This document shows, one piece after another, positions 1 through 12,509 of a stretch of DNA of 64,000 bases. The notes under the pieces are model-generated. The model was not told the origin of the DNA. It saw only the letters and a list, made by a program, of their open reading frames with translations, and ran no database searches. The first letter of the stretch is position 1, and each line of letters starts with the position of its first letter. The translations under genes and the position numbers were made by a program. Source of the stretch: Eledone cirrhosa (taxonomy: Eukaryota); the NCBI GenBank assembly GCA_964016885.1, contig OZ024740.1:273482001-273546000 (forward strand). The letters run 5' to 3'.

Positions 1-720
1 AGGTAGCAACCCAATGAAAAGTGAAAATAGACCAAAATTATTTTAAAGTCCCAGTTAGTCCGGGTTATAAGTAGTGTGGTTCTTAGGTGGGTAGGGGGCT
101 ATGAAAGGTGCATAATGACCTCAGTAAGGAAAGTTACAAAAAAATAATAAAAGCAGGATACAAAGATAAAATACAAATATAGAGATAGAATACATTGATA
201 AAAATACATTAATAAATAAATAAAAAAATTTAAAAATATACATTAATGAAATAATAAAAAAATTAATAAAGGTAAATAACTAGGGATGTAGAAAGACGGA
301 AGTATATAAGAACATATCGGAGGAATCACAGTGTAGGGGAAATACAATATAGATCAAGTTGTAGTAAGATAATACAGGTTGTACATATAGATATAGTGGA
401 TGGAGGAGATGGAATGGTAACAGGTTGTACCTAGTGTAAAGTTCGGGTCTCCGAATTCAGTGTGAGTCACAAAAAGTCCTGAGGTATAGAGTAGAGAATT
501 CAGTCAATACAATACATGTTTTAGTATAATACGTAGAGTTTTGTCGGAATCGGAATCATCCCGACAAGGAAGTAGTATCAGGCGGAGGTAGATAAAGCTA
601 GAGCAGCCAAAATCCGAATGGTAAGTAGATCAGTTAATCCCATGCTGGCAATAGCTTTACACTGAAGTCAGTGCCGCTTTTCAATATTACATTTTGAATT
701 GCTCAACATTATTGGAGCAT

Positions 721-1253
721 TATTTCTTTAGGTTTGTTGGTTCACCACTGGCTAGAACTTGTCATTCCGTATGGTCAATCCTGGTGTAATATTGTGAAGA
801 GTACTCAACGCAGTGCAGTTCAACCATCTTCGTTTGTGTAGTTGCTGGTGCGAATACGGAGTTAATTATAAAATAACAGGAGGCTGGACTGGTGTAAATC
901 CTTGAAAGGTTTATTATACTATGATCATTTCAATGACCGGGTTCCATATGAATACGGTGATATCATCAGGTATTGGAATATAACAAAGGAATATGTAAAA
1001 AACCATGGGCCCGAAAAATCAGAGACAGAGACAAAGAGGACCACTGACCAACTAGCTGTCTTCATCTCGGCCAGTCGCCTTCAAAGTGGTGGCAACTGAA
1101 TCTACTAATGAACATCTGGTGAGGGGGCGAAGGCTTATAATGAAGATGGGTAAACTGCACTGCATTGAGTACTCTTCACAATATTACACCAGGATTGACC
1201 ATACAGAATGACCAGTTCTATCCAGTGGTGAACCAACAAACCTAAAGAAATAT
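721..1253. repeat. Fold-back element: ~110-bp inverted arms (721-~833 / ~1140-1253) around a ~300-bp spacer; right arm abuts (TA)n
   Basis: tatttctttaggtttgttggttcaccactgg...aagagtactcaa is the near reverse complement of ttgagtactctt...ccagtggtgaaccaacaaacctaaagaaata. Confidence 0.85.
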
Positions 1254-1327
1254 ATATATATATATATATAAATTAATTATAATAATGAATAAAAACAAAG
1301 AAACAGTTCCTTATATTAAACAATTCA

Positions 1328-1448
1328 TCATTTTACGATCGTTTCTAGGATATATATGTGTGTATAAGTATATATATCATATAGATCTATGTAAAAGTTT
1401 TACAAATTATCAGAGGGAATATACATACCTACACTGTCTTCAGAAATA

Positions 1449-1449
<1 letters not shown>
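1328..1449 (-). ncRNA. Type I hammerhead ribozyme motif with long stem II, in a short PLE-like insert (same family as 62174-62598)
   Basis: Minus strand: ttattt CTGAAGA ...~90 nt... GAAA cgatcg TA aaatga. Stem I ttattt/aaatga, palindromic stem III ACGATCGT, GUA triplet. Confidence 0.65.
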
Positions 1450-1499
<50 letters not shown>

Positions 1500-1501
1500 A
1501 A

Positions 1502-1555
<54 letters not shown>

Positions 1556-1682
1556 AGGAGAATGAGACAGAATCAACAAGAATGAAACATAGCTAAACAG
1601 CTACATCGAACAATCAAAGGGCCACGCTGGTGAAACGAACAGAGAACGACGAAGTTTGAATGCGAATATCGCCACCTCAGCA

Positions 1683-1872
1683 CGGTGGATTGGCAGTACC
1701 GGTAGCGAATCAGACACGATGCTTCTAAGCATAGAGTTATTGCCCTTTACGTTCTGAGTTCAAATCCCGCCGAGGATAACTTTGTCTTTTATCCTTACGG
1801 TGTCGATAAAATAAAGTACCAGTAAAGCTCTGGGTTATTTTCTGGCCTTGTGCCAAAAGTAGCAAAAATATT
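1683..1872 (+). mobile_element. tRNA-derived SINE, family A
   Basis: A-box-like ggattggcagtaccggtag, B-box gagttcaaatccc, conserved core tttatccttacggtgtcgataaaataaagtaccagt, tail ggccttgtgccaaaagtag; many copies in the window. Confidence 0.85.
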
Positions 1873-1901
1873 ACTACCCCTGCGCCTATTATATATTTAT
1901 A

Positions 1902-3561
1902 TCTTTATATATATAAAAGCGAGGATGTGTGTGTGTCTGTGTACAACTTTGCATACTTAAGGCTTTTACAATTACCAACTGAATTTGACCAAATTTTCTG
2001 TGCACATGTCGCTAAGATTGTCACATAACAAACATTTTTCAAATCGACCCACGTTGAGCAATAAAAAATCGATATCAAAATTATCGGTAGCAATTGATGT
2101 AAGGGAGATAACCAACTTTATTGACAACCCTTATAAAAAAAAGAGATAACCAACTTTTCAAATATATAAACATCACATTCATTTGAAGATAAATCACTAA
2201 TATTATCGTTTGTTTCTTGTTTATTCTTTGTTGCACTTTCAAAGTTAAAAAAACCCTTAAGTCTTCACCATTGTGGCGACAAGTGACTAACTACCAACAT
2301 GCTTGCAAGGTTGCATGGGGGCCCTCTGTCATCAACATTTTCTGGAGACATTCTTACAATAGGAGATGGTAACCTACCTCCGAATACAGATGGACACAGC
2401 AATTGATCACATCTGCAATGTAGTTGAAACTGTCGATGATCTCAAGGCGAATGTATTCCCGAACTTGCGTGATAACTATACGAATCTTGATTGGCTATGC
2501 GAAAGAGCCATTCTTGCACCCCAAAATATCACGATTAGCTCTATTAACAATCAGCTTCTTCAGCTTCTTCATGGATGTCCACGGATATATAAATATATTG
2601 ATACTGTATGTGATCCACAGGATGCGGTTAATTTTCCAGTTGAATTTCTAAATTCTTTAAATCCTCCTGGTTTACCTCCAAATACATTGGTTCTGAAAGA
2701 GCGAACACCAGTTATTTTGCTGAGAAATATCACTCCTCCAAAACTATGCAATGGTACACGCCTTGTGATTAAAAAACTGTCTCTACTTAGTATTGACGCT
2801 ACCATTCTATTCGGATGTGGAAAAGGCGAGGATGCAATAATAACAAAAATTAACCTGACTACATCAGGCGTTGATACTCCCTTCTCCTTTCGCCGAACCC
2901 AAATTCCCCTTCGTGTTGCCTTTGCGATGTCCATAAACAAATCGCAAGATCAAACTCTGTCCGTCGCTGGAATTCACTTGGATGAACCTTGCTTTTCGCA
3001 CGGACAATTCTACGTGGCTTGCTCACGAGTTGGCAATAGAGATAATCTCTTTGCGTTTGTTCCGAAAAGAAAAACGAAGAATATCGTCTATCCTGAAGTG
3101 TTTTAGTATTAACAAAAAAACTTATTACAGCTCTGCCTTGACTCCACCTTACTCATTACAAAACATACCAATGAATATGTCATGCGGGATACTTTTGATT
3201 ATAAGGTAAAAATTTAACCATACACAGCAAAGGATGCTCTCAAGGAATAGATTTTCTCTTATTCTACTCTTATTGTTTTTTTGTTTGTATACTGCTTTCA
3301 TTACAACTTTTTGTACTTTAGCAAAACTGCCTGTTTTTTTACAGATTTGCAACGTGTATTGTCTTTAATCATTTGTATAACTGCATCCTGTTCAGTGTTT
3401 TCTTTCATTATCAGCATAGTTTATGTGTACAAAGATTGCACTAAATATTCGTTTGCATTAATTTTGACAGGTTGGGGACAAATAATGTTCTTCTTTTACT
3501 TCCTAGCTGTATATGCTTAGCATAATTTCAAACCCCGAGCAACGCCGGGTAAATCTGCTAG
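1902..3561 (+). mobile_element. Non-autonomous Helitron
   Basis: 5' TC (tctttatatatataaaagcgaggatgtgtgtg) after an A; 3' hairpin cccgagcaacgccggg at ~3534-3549 followed by CTAG at 3558-3561 and T (A|T target); contains a PIF1 fragment. Confidence 0.85.
2366..3106 (+). pseudogene. C-terminal part of Helitron RepHel PIF1-family helicase (no Rep domain, no Walker A/B)
   Basis: ORF motifs ERAILAP, FPVEFLNSLNPPGLPP, LLRN..PPKLCNGTRL, RTQIPLRVAFAMSINKSQ, CFSHGQFYVACSRV, TKNIVYPEV. Confidence 0.9.
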
Positions 3562-3600
3562 TATAGTATATATTAAACTATATTATATAAAATACATGGC

Positions 3601-3658
3601 AACCAGTTACTCGGAGTTTCCCGAAGCAACTTAATCTTGCGTCGTTTCTTCAGTGATT
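3601..3658 (-). ncRNA. Hammerhead-like motif (imperfect)
   Basis: Minus: aatca CTGAAGA aa cga c gcaa..ttgc t tcg g GAAA ctccgag TA ac tggtt; stem I offset by 2 nt. Confidence 0.4.
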
Positions 3659-3737
3659 ACAACATCAAATTCAGACACTGCGGTCGGGATTTTACCCCCT
3701 CAATCGTTCCCTCACTGTATACGCCAATACACGCACG

Positions 3738-3855
<118 letters not shown>

Positions 3856-3976
3856 CATATATAAAATGTTCGACATATATAAATCACACACTTTCTTTCC
3901 CACTTTCCATATAAAGCGTGAAACTAATAATACTTTTTGTACCCCTGTTTGTTGTTTCTTTGATCTATATATATAA

Positions 3977-4008
<32 letters not shown>

Positions 4009-4044
4009 GTATGTATATATATATATATATATATAATAATATAT

Positions 4045-4135
<91 letters not shown>

Positions 4136-4230
4136 GGGGGGGGGTTGCAAAAGGTAAACAGAAATAACAACACAATCGGCACAGTAAATGGAAGTAATAT
4201 ATTAGGTTAACGCTTGAAATAGCAGGAAAA

Positions 4231-4272
4231 GGTTCTAAACTTTTCGGACACTAGTCCTTCGTCAGGAGAAAG
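4231..4272 (-). ncRNA. Minimal Penelope-type hammerhead motif in a pLTR-like fragment (~4145-4320)
   Basis: Minus: ttctc CTGACGA a ggac tagt gtcc GAAA agttt agaa. Confidence 0.55.
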
Positions 4273-4640
4273 AATGAGAAATTAGAGCGATTGAAGGTAC
4301 GAGCAGGGTGGTATTGATAAAATGTATATATATACATACATATATATAAGCAAAGGGATATTTAATTTGTTGGTAATTCAACAGATATATTTTTAACAGA
4401 TTCGAAGCACTCGACGAGTTTTCTAGAGTATAATATCAATGATATTAATAAATGGAAACTATATTTATAAAACCATATTTATTCTATTATATATATTTCA
4501 AGTGTACCAACACTTTGGTACGCTCTTATCAGATACAATACAAAGATTGTTTTATAAATAGTGCGGTGCCCCAGCATGGCCTCAGCCGGATGGCTGAAAC
4601 AGGTAAAAGAGTAAAAGAGTATACCCAGGTTCAAGTTCCG

Positions 4641-4680
<40 letters not shown>

Positions 4681-5282
4681 TGAAGATAGAAAAAGATTGA
4701 AAATGCGGGAGAGAGAAAAAGTAAAGAAAGAAGGACGGAATGGAGGAAATGAACCAAAATAGGACAGACATTCTATTGTTAAAAAGCGTTAGAACAGGGC
4801 TTAATCTTAATCCTACGCCTTATATATACTACGGTACAGTATACTAATCTCTATGCCTCGCATCTAGAAAAAAATAAACTACTTCAATTGCTTCTGTAGA
4901 GAGATACTAACATTTCACTTACATTTGCTGGATGATTGATAAAGACCAGACACTAATATTGACCCAAATCCTCACTAATATATCTGATTTTAAGTATGAG
5001 AATCCAGAGATATTTTTAGAAATATTATTGGACGTAGATACACACACACACGCACAGACACAGACGCACACACATACACCCATATATATATATAGTTTAA
5101 ATCATAAATATTAAAAAACAAAATTAAAATATGAAGGCGAAAAGTATTAAAAAAATAAAAGAAAGAGCAAATCGAAAATATTAATTTATTGAAATAAATA
5201 TTTTATTTCAATTTTATTTCATTCTTTCATTATTTCCATTGAAATTAAAACAAAACAGATTTTACGTTAGTAAAATTTGTGG

Positions 5283-5317
<35 letters not shown>

Positions 5318-5358
5318 TACACACACACACACATACACACACACTGAGAAGACTCAGA

Positions 5359-5395
<37 letters not shown>

Positions 5396-5434
5396 GGACA
5401 AATATATGTATGCCTATATTTTTCTGCCTGTCTG

Positions 5435-5479
<45 letters not shown>

Positions 5480-6757
5480 ATGAGCATGCATGCGTACATA
5501 TACATAGATACGTTCGTACACATTTGTGTGTGCGTAAATGCATTTATATTTAGTTCCAAATAATGGAAAGAGTACTCATTAATTACATTAAGTAGATATT
5601 TATGCATTTATGGCTACAGCAAGTCGGGAAAAACTGTTTAGTGTCAGATGGAAGTTTATGTCTTTATCTCCAACTATACACATCCACTTACATTTATACA
5701 AGCTCATACATGTGTATATACACTTAAATACGCACAAACACACGCATATATGTATCCGTATCTGTCTTTCTGCCTCTCTCTCTGCATATATGTATATATA
5801 CCCCCCCCCCCCCCCCCACACACACATATATATATATATATATGTCAAATGTATGATAAAGTTTACTCGTTGACTCCTGTATGCCTTTAGTAAACACAAT
5901 TTTTCATCGATTTGTAAAGTGAATAAAGTGGTCACATCACTGGTTTATCTCTTAGAGGTCAGGAAAATGAGATTGATGTCATTAGTTTCAAATTTTATTA
6001 AACTCTCTTCGGAGATCGCTTAACCGTTTTTTGTCCAAATACAGCAAAGTATCTCGTCTCTGTTTACAAGGATTGACTGAAAATTTCATAGGCTGACCAA
6101 GACACTCTCGTAGAACGAACAAGTGAGGTTTATTTTTCTACATATTTCACGGAAAGAAGCAATGTAGTAATTAGTAAGGAGAGGTGAAATTAATGCATGC
6201 AAGATTTCACATCTCTAGGACCTTCCCTTCATAGTCCGACAATGTACTTTTCAGCCGACCCACGTACAATGTGTACAGTCTCAGTCCAATCTGAATATAT
6301 CTGAGTAATATGCATAATTGGTAGTAAAGAAAGCCTTAACAGTGTATGACAGGTTTGTGTTCTGGATAATTCAAAATGCAAGGTAAACTTTAATCATGTG
6401 AAATATTAAACGCATTTTGTTTACTTTTCATGTCGAAGCTGAATTGTGCCTTTGCTAAAAACAAGAAGGAATAAAGTTTTACTTGTTATTATGATGGAAA
6501 AGCACTTTATTGGTCACTATCAATCAATCAATTCGCACCGTATCTCAAATTACATACAAGGTCAACAGTAAAAGTTTAATATATTCACTGTTGGTAGAAA
6601 ATAGGTAAACTATTTCTAATGAGAGTTTAATTAGTGAGGTCGATCTTATTCGGTGAATTTCGTGCAACTTTCTTTACGTTTCACAGTAAAATCTTGCAGT
6701 CACAAAAACCACAAACAGATAAGGGTCAGCTTACATTGCAAAACTCGGGTGGTAATA

Positions 6758-6791
<34 letters not shown>

Positions 6792-6794
<3 letters not shown>

Positions 6795-6875
6795 ATAATA
6801 ATAAATTTGAAGATCCCGTTAAGGGTGAAAGCAGCGATTCTTTGCTTAAATTGTAATGTTATTTTAATAATAAAA
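6792..6875 (+). mobile_element. Short TA-embedded dispersed element with degenerate hammerhead core; relatives at ~11910-11990, 14000-14128, 28021-28075, 39600-39695
   Basis: Shared strings gaagatccc.ttaagggtgaaagcagcgattctttg and atccttatcgag...tttggattttagtcttcaaatttattattatta. Confidence 0.7.
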
Positions 6876-6926
6876 AAAAAATATATATATATATATATAT
6901 AATTACGTAGTAACATGTGCTTACAC

Positions 6927-7120
6927 CGTATTTGAGTACATAGAATTAGTCTGTTAGTTGGGATTTTTAAAAAATCCTCTGAATAGAAAACAAAGGGTAT
7001 TGACGAACATGGGACACGAACCCACATCTTTGGTTTGCCGGACCAATGTGTTAAATTACACCACCACGCTATTATTTTTAAAATCCCAACAAACAGACGA
7101 ATTCTATGTAGTCAAATACG
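6927..7120 (-). mobile_element. tRNA-like sequence (~7000-7070, minus) enclosed by ~48-bp inverted repeats
   Basis: Arms cgtatttgagtacatagaattagtctgttagttgggattttt / aaaatcccaacaaacagacgaattctatgtagtcaaatacg; inside on minus: tggtgtaatttaacac a ttggt ccggcaa accaa agat gtggg ttcgtgt cccat. Confidence 0.65.
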
Positions 7121-7465
7121 TATGTGTATGTATATTTGTGTATAGGCATGATGCATTTCCTTATTATTGGATACCTGATTTCCAATATTTTCGATTAGAA
7201 ATGTACCTTTATGAATATAACACTACTGATGTAAGACAGAATAACATTCTTAGAGTTTAAAATTATTCTCTGATGCTGAGTATTAGAGTAAGTTTCACTA
7301 GAGAACATGAAATAAGTATTGTAAAATCATGAAAATCTCATTAACTTTGTAGAACCTCTTTTTTTATTTTCATATTTGTGAAATTCAATACTTCATACAA
7401 TTATTTACACTCCCATGTTTCTTATGATTATTTAATACACACATCCTGCATATAATAATATATTA

Positions 7466-7571
7466 TAATTGTTTCTACTTTAGGCACAAGGCCAGCAATT
7501 ACCCAGTGCATTACTGGTACTTTATTTTATCGACCCCGTAAGGATGAAAGGCAAAGTCAACCTCGGCGGGA
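7466..7571 (-). mobile_element. SINE family A, 3' half
   Basis: ggcacaaggcc...actggtactttattttatcgaccccgtaaggatgaaaggcaaagtcaacctcggcggga. Confidence 0.85.
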
Positions 7572-8753
7572 AAACACTTTTTCTTTAATAATATACGGCA
7601 TTTGACTATTACACAAAACTCCATAAGAATATTTGTAAACTAATAAACCAAATTTAAAGCCTGTCTGAGTGAAACAGTGAGATATCGGGAGTGAGATATA
7701 CATTTTTCGTTTTATTGTTTGGACATGACTACCTACTCAGGCAGTTGCAATTGACATTGTACAATCCCTTACAAACAAGCTATCGATTCAAATATTGAGA
7801 ATTAGATTAACACATATATTTCACAGAATATTGTTTGAAACAATGCGACATAAAGAAAACAAAGAAGAATACAGTAAAACAATATCAGTAATTTTCTCGC
7901 TTCTATCCAAGTTTCAAATAATTGTTTAATTGAACCCCTTCGTACAAGCTTTCAAATGTGCAGAAGTTGAGCTACTTTAAGTGAGCGAGAGTAAGAATGG
8001 ATTCAAACGTAAACAAAATCCCGGTCAAGAACGTTTATACCATTAGACACCATTTGCGGAGTCTTTGCTAGTTTCGTGGATAATATCCACCCATCAGTGT
8101 TGATTTCTCTGGAAGCTGCATTCCCTGGTCTATCTAAGCTACTCTACAATATTTAAGAACCATTGTTTCAAGAAGTATACTTTCTTTAATTAACACATAC
8201 TTATGTTAAAAAGAATATCCCAAATATCATTAGTATATTAAATTAAACTGTAAACTAAAAGCCGTGTCAATCATCACCAACAGTTTCAGTAATATAATAT
8301 CAATACATATGTACCAGAACAAATACTGATGCGTAGTTGAATTTGTTAGAAGTTTGGTGTCAGATTTACAGCAGGGATAAATGAAAGAAAAAAACCCCAC
8401 AAAATAGGCAAAGGTTTCAACGATGGAATCACGGAAATATTCGGGTAATATCAATATTCTGCTCAGCACCGGTGGAGGGATCTACTGATATTGAAATATG
8501 AAATCGGGGTGAATTTTCCCCGAAAAATCTTTACAGAAACGCCCCGCGATGTACCGAAATATAATAACATATATATATTAGAATCTGTGTGTAAACATAT
8601 GTAAGATTTGATATATAAGTTTTGATTTATTAAGAAGACTGGACTGGAATAGGCTTTATAGAATTATAATGGATCCAGAGACACCCATCTGTGAAAGAGT
8701 CGTAAATGTATGTAATCAATAAAAAAAACTTAATGTGAAACCTTCTTTTGCTC

Positions 8754-8815
<62 letters not shown>

Positions 8816-9272
8816 AAGTCCATAATAGAATCATTAGATAAAATAATTACCATATTTCTTCTCCAAATTAGCATAAATCAACCACACAAAAAAAATCATT
8901 TGAACGAGGCTATAAATTTAAAATATACTTGAGATAATATACAAGAGATAAATTATATATCTTCTTATCCGCGATTCATAGCTACAAACAATTTACCTAG
9001 TATTTCTAATAGCCTGTAGAAATTGACTAGACATATAGTTAACCATACAAAATCATAGTTAGAAGAAAAAATGTACATAAACCTTATCAAAATCATCAAA
9101 ATATCTCTACTCCCGGCGGTTTCATTCCATTTTTGGATATATCCGATCACTGAAATATGTATAACGGAGTTTTAAATAAACCTGAATCAACTGAATGTGG
9201 ACCCCGATCTTTTATTAATATATATCTATAACAATCTTTCTATCTATCTATCCATCTATCTATCTATCTATC

Positions 9273-10264
9273 ACCAGTCCTGGGTGAAGAAAAGACCGAA
9301 AACGATGGGCGCCTGGCACATTGAATGCGCTCAGGCGCTCACAGTCCTCTGGCAAGCGGGCGCAGCAATCAGTGGAGACTCCACTTCGACATTCTATAGC
9401 GGGATTGTACGTTACAAGGGCGACGACGTGCTCGGAGAGACTCTGGGCGTCGAAGACGATGAACTCACCAGTATGTTTGGTAGGACTTTCCGCCCGGGAC
9501 CTATGGACAACTTCCAGAGGTCCCTGGCCTGGCAGTGCTACCGAGGAGCTCTACCGGTTCGTGACAAGATCTACAGGCACGGACGCCCTGGCAGGGATCC
9601 TTCCAAGAGGACGTGTCCAAGATGTGCGCAGGACATTGAAACAGTTCTGCACGCAATTGTACACTGCCCGGGCGTAAGAGACCTGTGGAACTATGCAGAA
9701 CAACTGCTGTCGCGTATGGGACAAATACAGTTGACTGCCGAGTCCATAGTAAGGATCAAACCGCCAGACTCTTTCAAAAACGAAAGAGAGGCGGTTTTCC
9801 TCTGTACGGTGGCTATGGTGAAAGAAGTTATATGGTGGACGAGGTTGAGAGGACTGAGGACAGATGCCTTTCTCTCCGGACAACAATTGATTCCATTCTT
9901 TAAGTATCACTTTAGAAGGAGAATCAGGGTGGAGAGAGAGGCACTGCACCCCAGTAAATTTACTGAAAGGTGGGTGAATGAAGCGAAAATGGCCCGAGTG
10001 ATTGGGCCTTCTCTGTTTATAAGCCTGTAGGTTGAGGAAGAGAGCAAAAGGAAGAAAGGAGCACTTGCACAACACGCTCCTTGAGTTGAGGGTTGTTCTA
10101 TCGACGGGGTATTAAACAACCCATTTGTGGCGCCTCCCCCCTATTGGGGATTTCGATTGTTGAAATTGTTTGTTTTTATATTTTTTACACGACTGTATGT
10201 AAAATCCCCGGCATGTCTTTGTATTGTCCCCTTTCTTGTTGCGCCCTTGTGGCTAATAAAGAAA
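9273..10264 (+). mobile_element. 5'-truncated L1/Tx1-clade LINE, copy 1 (ORF2 C-terminus with CCHC zf-RVT, stop at 10030, 3'UTR ending AATAAAGAAA)
   Basis: Open frame with RSLAWQCYRGALPVRDKIYRHG..CPRC....ETVLHAIVHC; flanked both sides by (TATC)n. Confidence 0.85.
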
Positions 10265-10290
10265 TCTATCTATCTATCTATCTATCAATC

Positions 10291-11790
10291 GTGGAGGGGC
10301 AGATCGATGCCCTCCGATGGCGTCGTGGGGCGCTGGACGGAGGGCCCGGTGAAGTTGCTCGGGATCTGGTTCGGACCAGACCTCCAGGTGGAGAAGAACT
10401 GGGGTGAGGTAACGAACAGGGTGTTTGCACTGACCCAGAAGTGGGGCGAGTGCAAACTGTCCCTGAAAGGTCGGGCGGAGGTGGCGAACACTTATATAGC
10501 GTCCGTCATCTACTACCGCCTGACCGTCGTGCTTTGCCCAAGGGAAACGCTCACCAAAATGGAGCGCGCACTCTTCCAATTCCTTTGGAAGAAGCGGGCT
10601 CCTATGGTGAGGAGATCCATCTGCTGTCAACACCCTTCGAAAGGGGGGCTGGGGATGCCGTGGCTAATGATACGTAAACACGCATTAAGGCTACGGCACC
10701 TCCAGGTATTCCTCTCCGGTCAACCGGTGTGGGCCCCGTTTGTGAGGCGATCCTTTCCCAGACTCGTCTCACTCACCGAGTGGCAATCCTGGGTCAAGCA
10801 AAGACCGAGAAAACTGGGCGCCTGGCACACCGAGTGTGCCCAGGCGCTCACGGCTCTCTGGCAGGCGGACCCGACTGTCAGTGGAGAATCCACCTCGTCA
10901 TTGTATAGAGGTCTGGTGGTTAGCACGTGCGACGACGCCCTCAGAGAAGCCCTAGGCATGGAGGAAGACGAACTGGCCAACCTTTTTCGTTAGGACATTC
11001 AGCCCGGGACCCATGGATAACTTCCAGAGGTCCCTGGCCTGGCAGTGCTACAGAAGGGCTCTGCCCGTCGAGAAAGGCTCTACAGATACGGGCGCCCGGG
11101 TAGGGACCCCTCGAAAAAGATCTGTCCCAGATGCGTGTGCGACGAGGAAACCGTTGCACACGCATTGGTACACTGCTCGGGCATTGCTGATCTGTGGGGC
11201 TATGTCGAACAACTGCTGTCAAGGGTGGGACCGATCCGGTTGACCACCGAGTCTATTGTAACGATCAAGCCGCCTCCCCTCTTCAAAAACGAAGAAGAGG
11301 CGGTGTTTCTGTGCCATGGCGAAAGAGGTTGTATGGTGGACGCGTCTGAAAGGACTGAGGTCAGACACCTTTCTCTCTGGCCAACAACTGGTCCGTTTCT
11401 TCCGATATCATTTCGGAAGAAGGATCAGGATGGAGAGAGAGGTGCTGCACCCCAGCCGTTTTTATGAAAGATGGGTGAAAGTGGCGAGAATGGCCCGTGT
11501 GAATGGGCCTTGACTCTACATCAGACTATAGGTGAAGAAGATGAAAGACCAAGGGAGCACCCCTTCTCTGTGCTCCTGAGGAAAAGGGTTGCACACTTTT
11601 TTCGGGGGTGTGTGCGACCCCCCAAGGCGCCTAATCTCTATTGAGGATTTTGTTATATATTTTATTCTGATATATTTTATTTTATTTTTATATTTTGTTA
11701 TTGCCTCCTCCTTATTGAGGACGCCTTGTTTTGTAAACTCCCCCCATTGTACTTGTCCCACTTTTGATGCCCTGGTGACAAATAAAAGAA
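10291..11790 (+). mobile_element. 5'-truncated L1/Tx1-clade LINE, copy 2 (RT thumb + zf-RVT, frameshifted), related subfamily
   Basis: KLLGIWFG..KNW..KLSLKGRAEVANTYIASVIYY..LFQFLW..KGGLG; CPRC..ETVAHALVHC; ends aataaaagaaa then (TATC)n. Confidence 0.88.
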
Positions 11791-11846
11791 ACATATCTAT
11801 CTATATATCTATCAATCTATTTATCTATCTATCTATCTATCACTAT

Positions 11847-11900
<54 letters not shown>

Positions 11901-12021
11901 ATATTTATTAAAATAACAGATTAAAGTTTAAGCAAAGAATCGCTGCTTTCACCCTTAATGGGATCTTCTGAAACTAACAAAGTCAATCTGTAAACGCAGA
12001 ACTGGATATTTCAAAAAACGT

Positions 12022-12084
<63 letters not shown>

Positions 12085-12086
<2 letters not shown>

Positions 12087-12474
12087 TACAAAACTACACA
12101 CATACTAACCACAACCTCTCCATATAACAACTCGCTACTCTAAACAACCTCAGATCTAAGAACCTAGTATATCTCTCATCGGATAAGGGAAAAGAGTTTT
12201 GTGTTATTACCAGAGAGGCCTACGGCAACCTAGCATACCAACATCTCAACGACGACAGTCTCTACTTGGAAATCACTGGAATTACACCCGCGCTGATAGA
12301 GAACCGGATCAACACCACTTAAGCCAACATATGTGACCGACGAAGGCTCCCGAAGAGATTACGGTAAATTACATAACGAGAAACAGGAGTCTGTCCAACT
12401 TTTACCACCTGATCAAAACCCACAAATGACCCGACTCTTGAAAATTAGACCCTTTGTCTCCAGTGTGGAAGGTC

Positions 12475-12475
<1 letters not shown>
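12085..12475 (+). pseudogene. Penelope-like RT N-terminal fragment between (TA)n tracts
   Basis: Hand translation: NLVYLSSDKGKEFCVITREAY..AYQHLNDDSLY; FYHLIKTHK; LKIRPFVSS (PLE DKG, PK.HK and RPIVS motifs), with stops and frameshifts. Confidence 0.75.

Positions 12476-12509
<34 letters not shown>

Noticed and set aside
902-1099. 65-aa ORF within the fold-back spacer
   Set aside because: TTG start, short, no recognisable motif.
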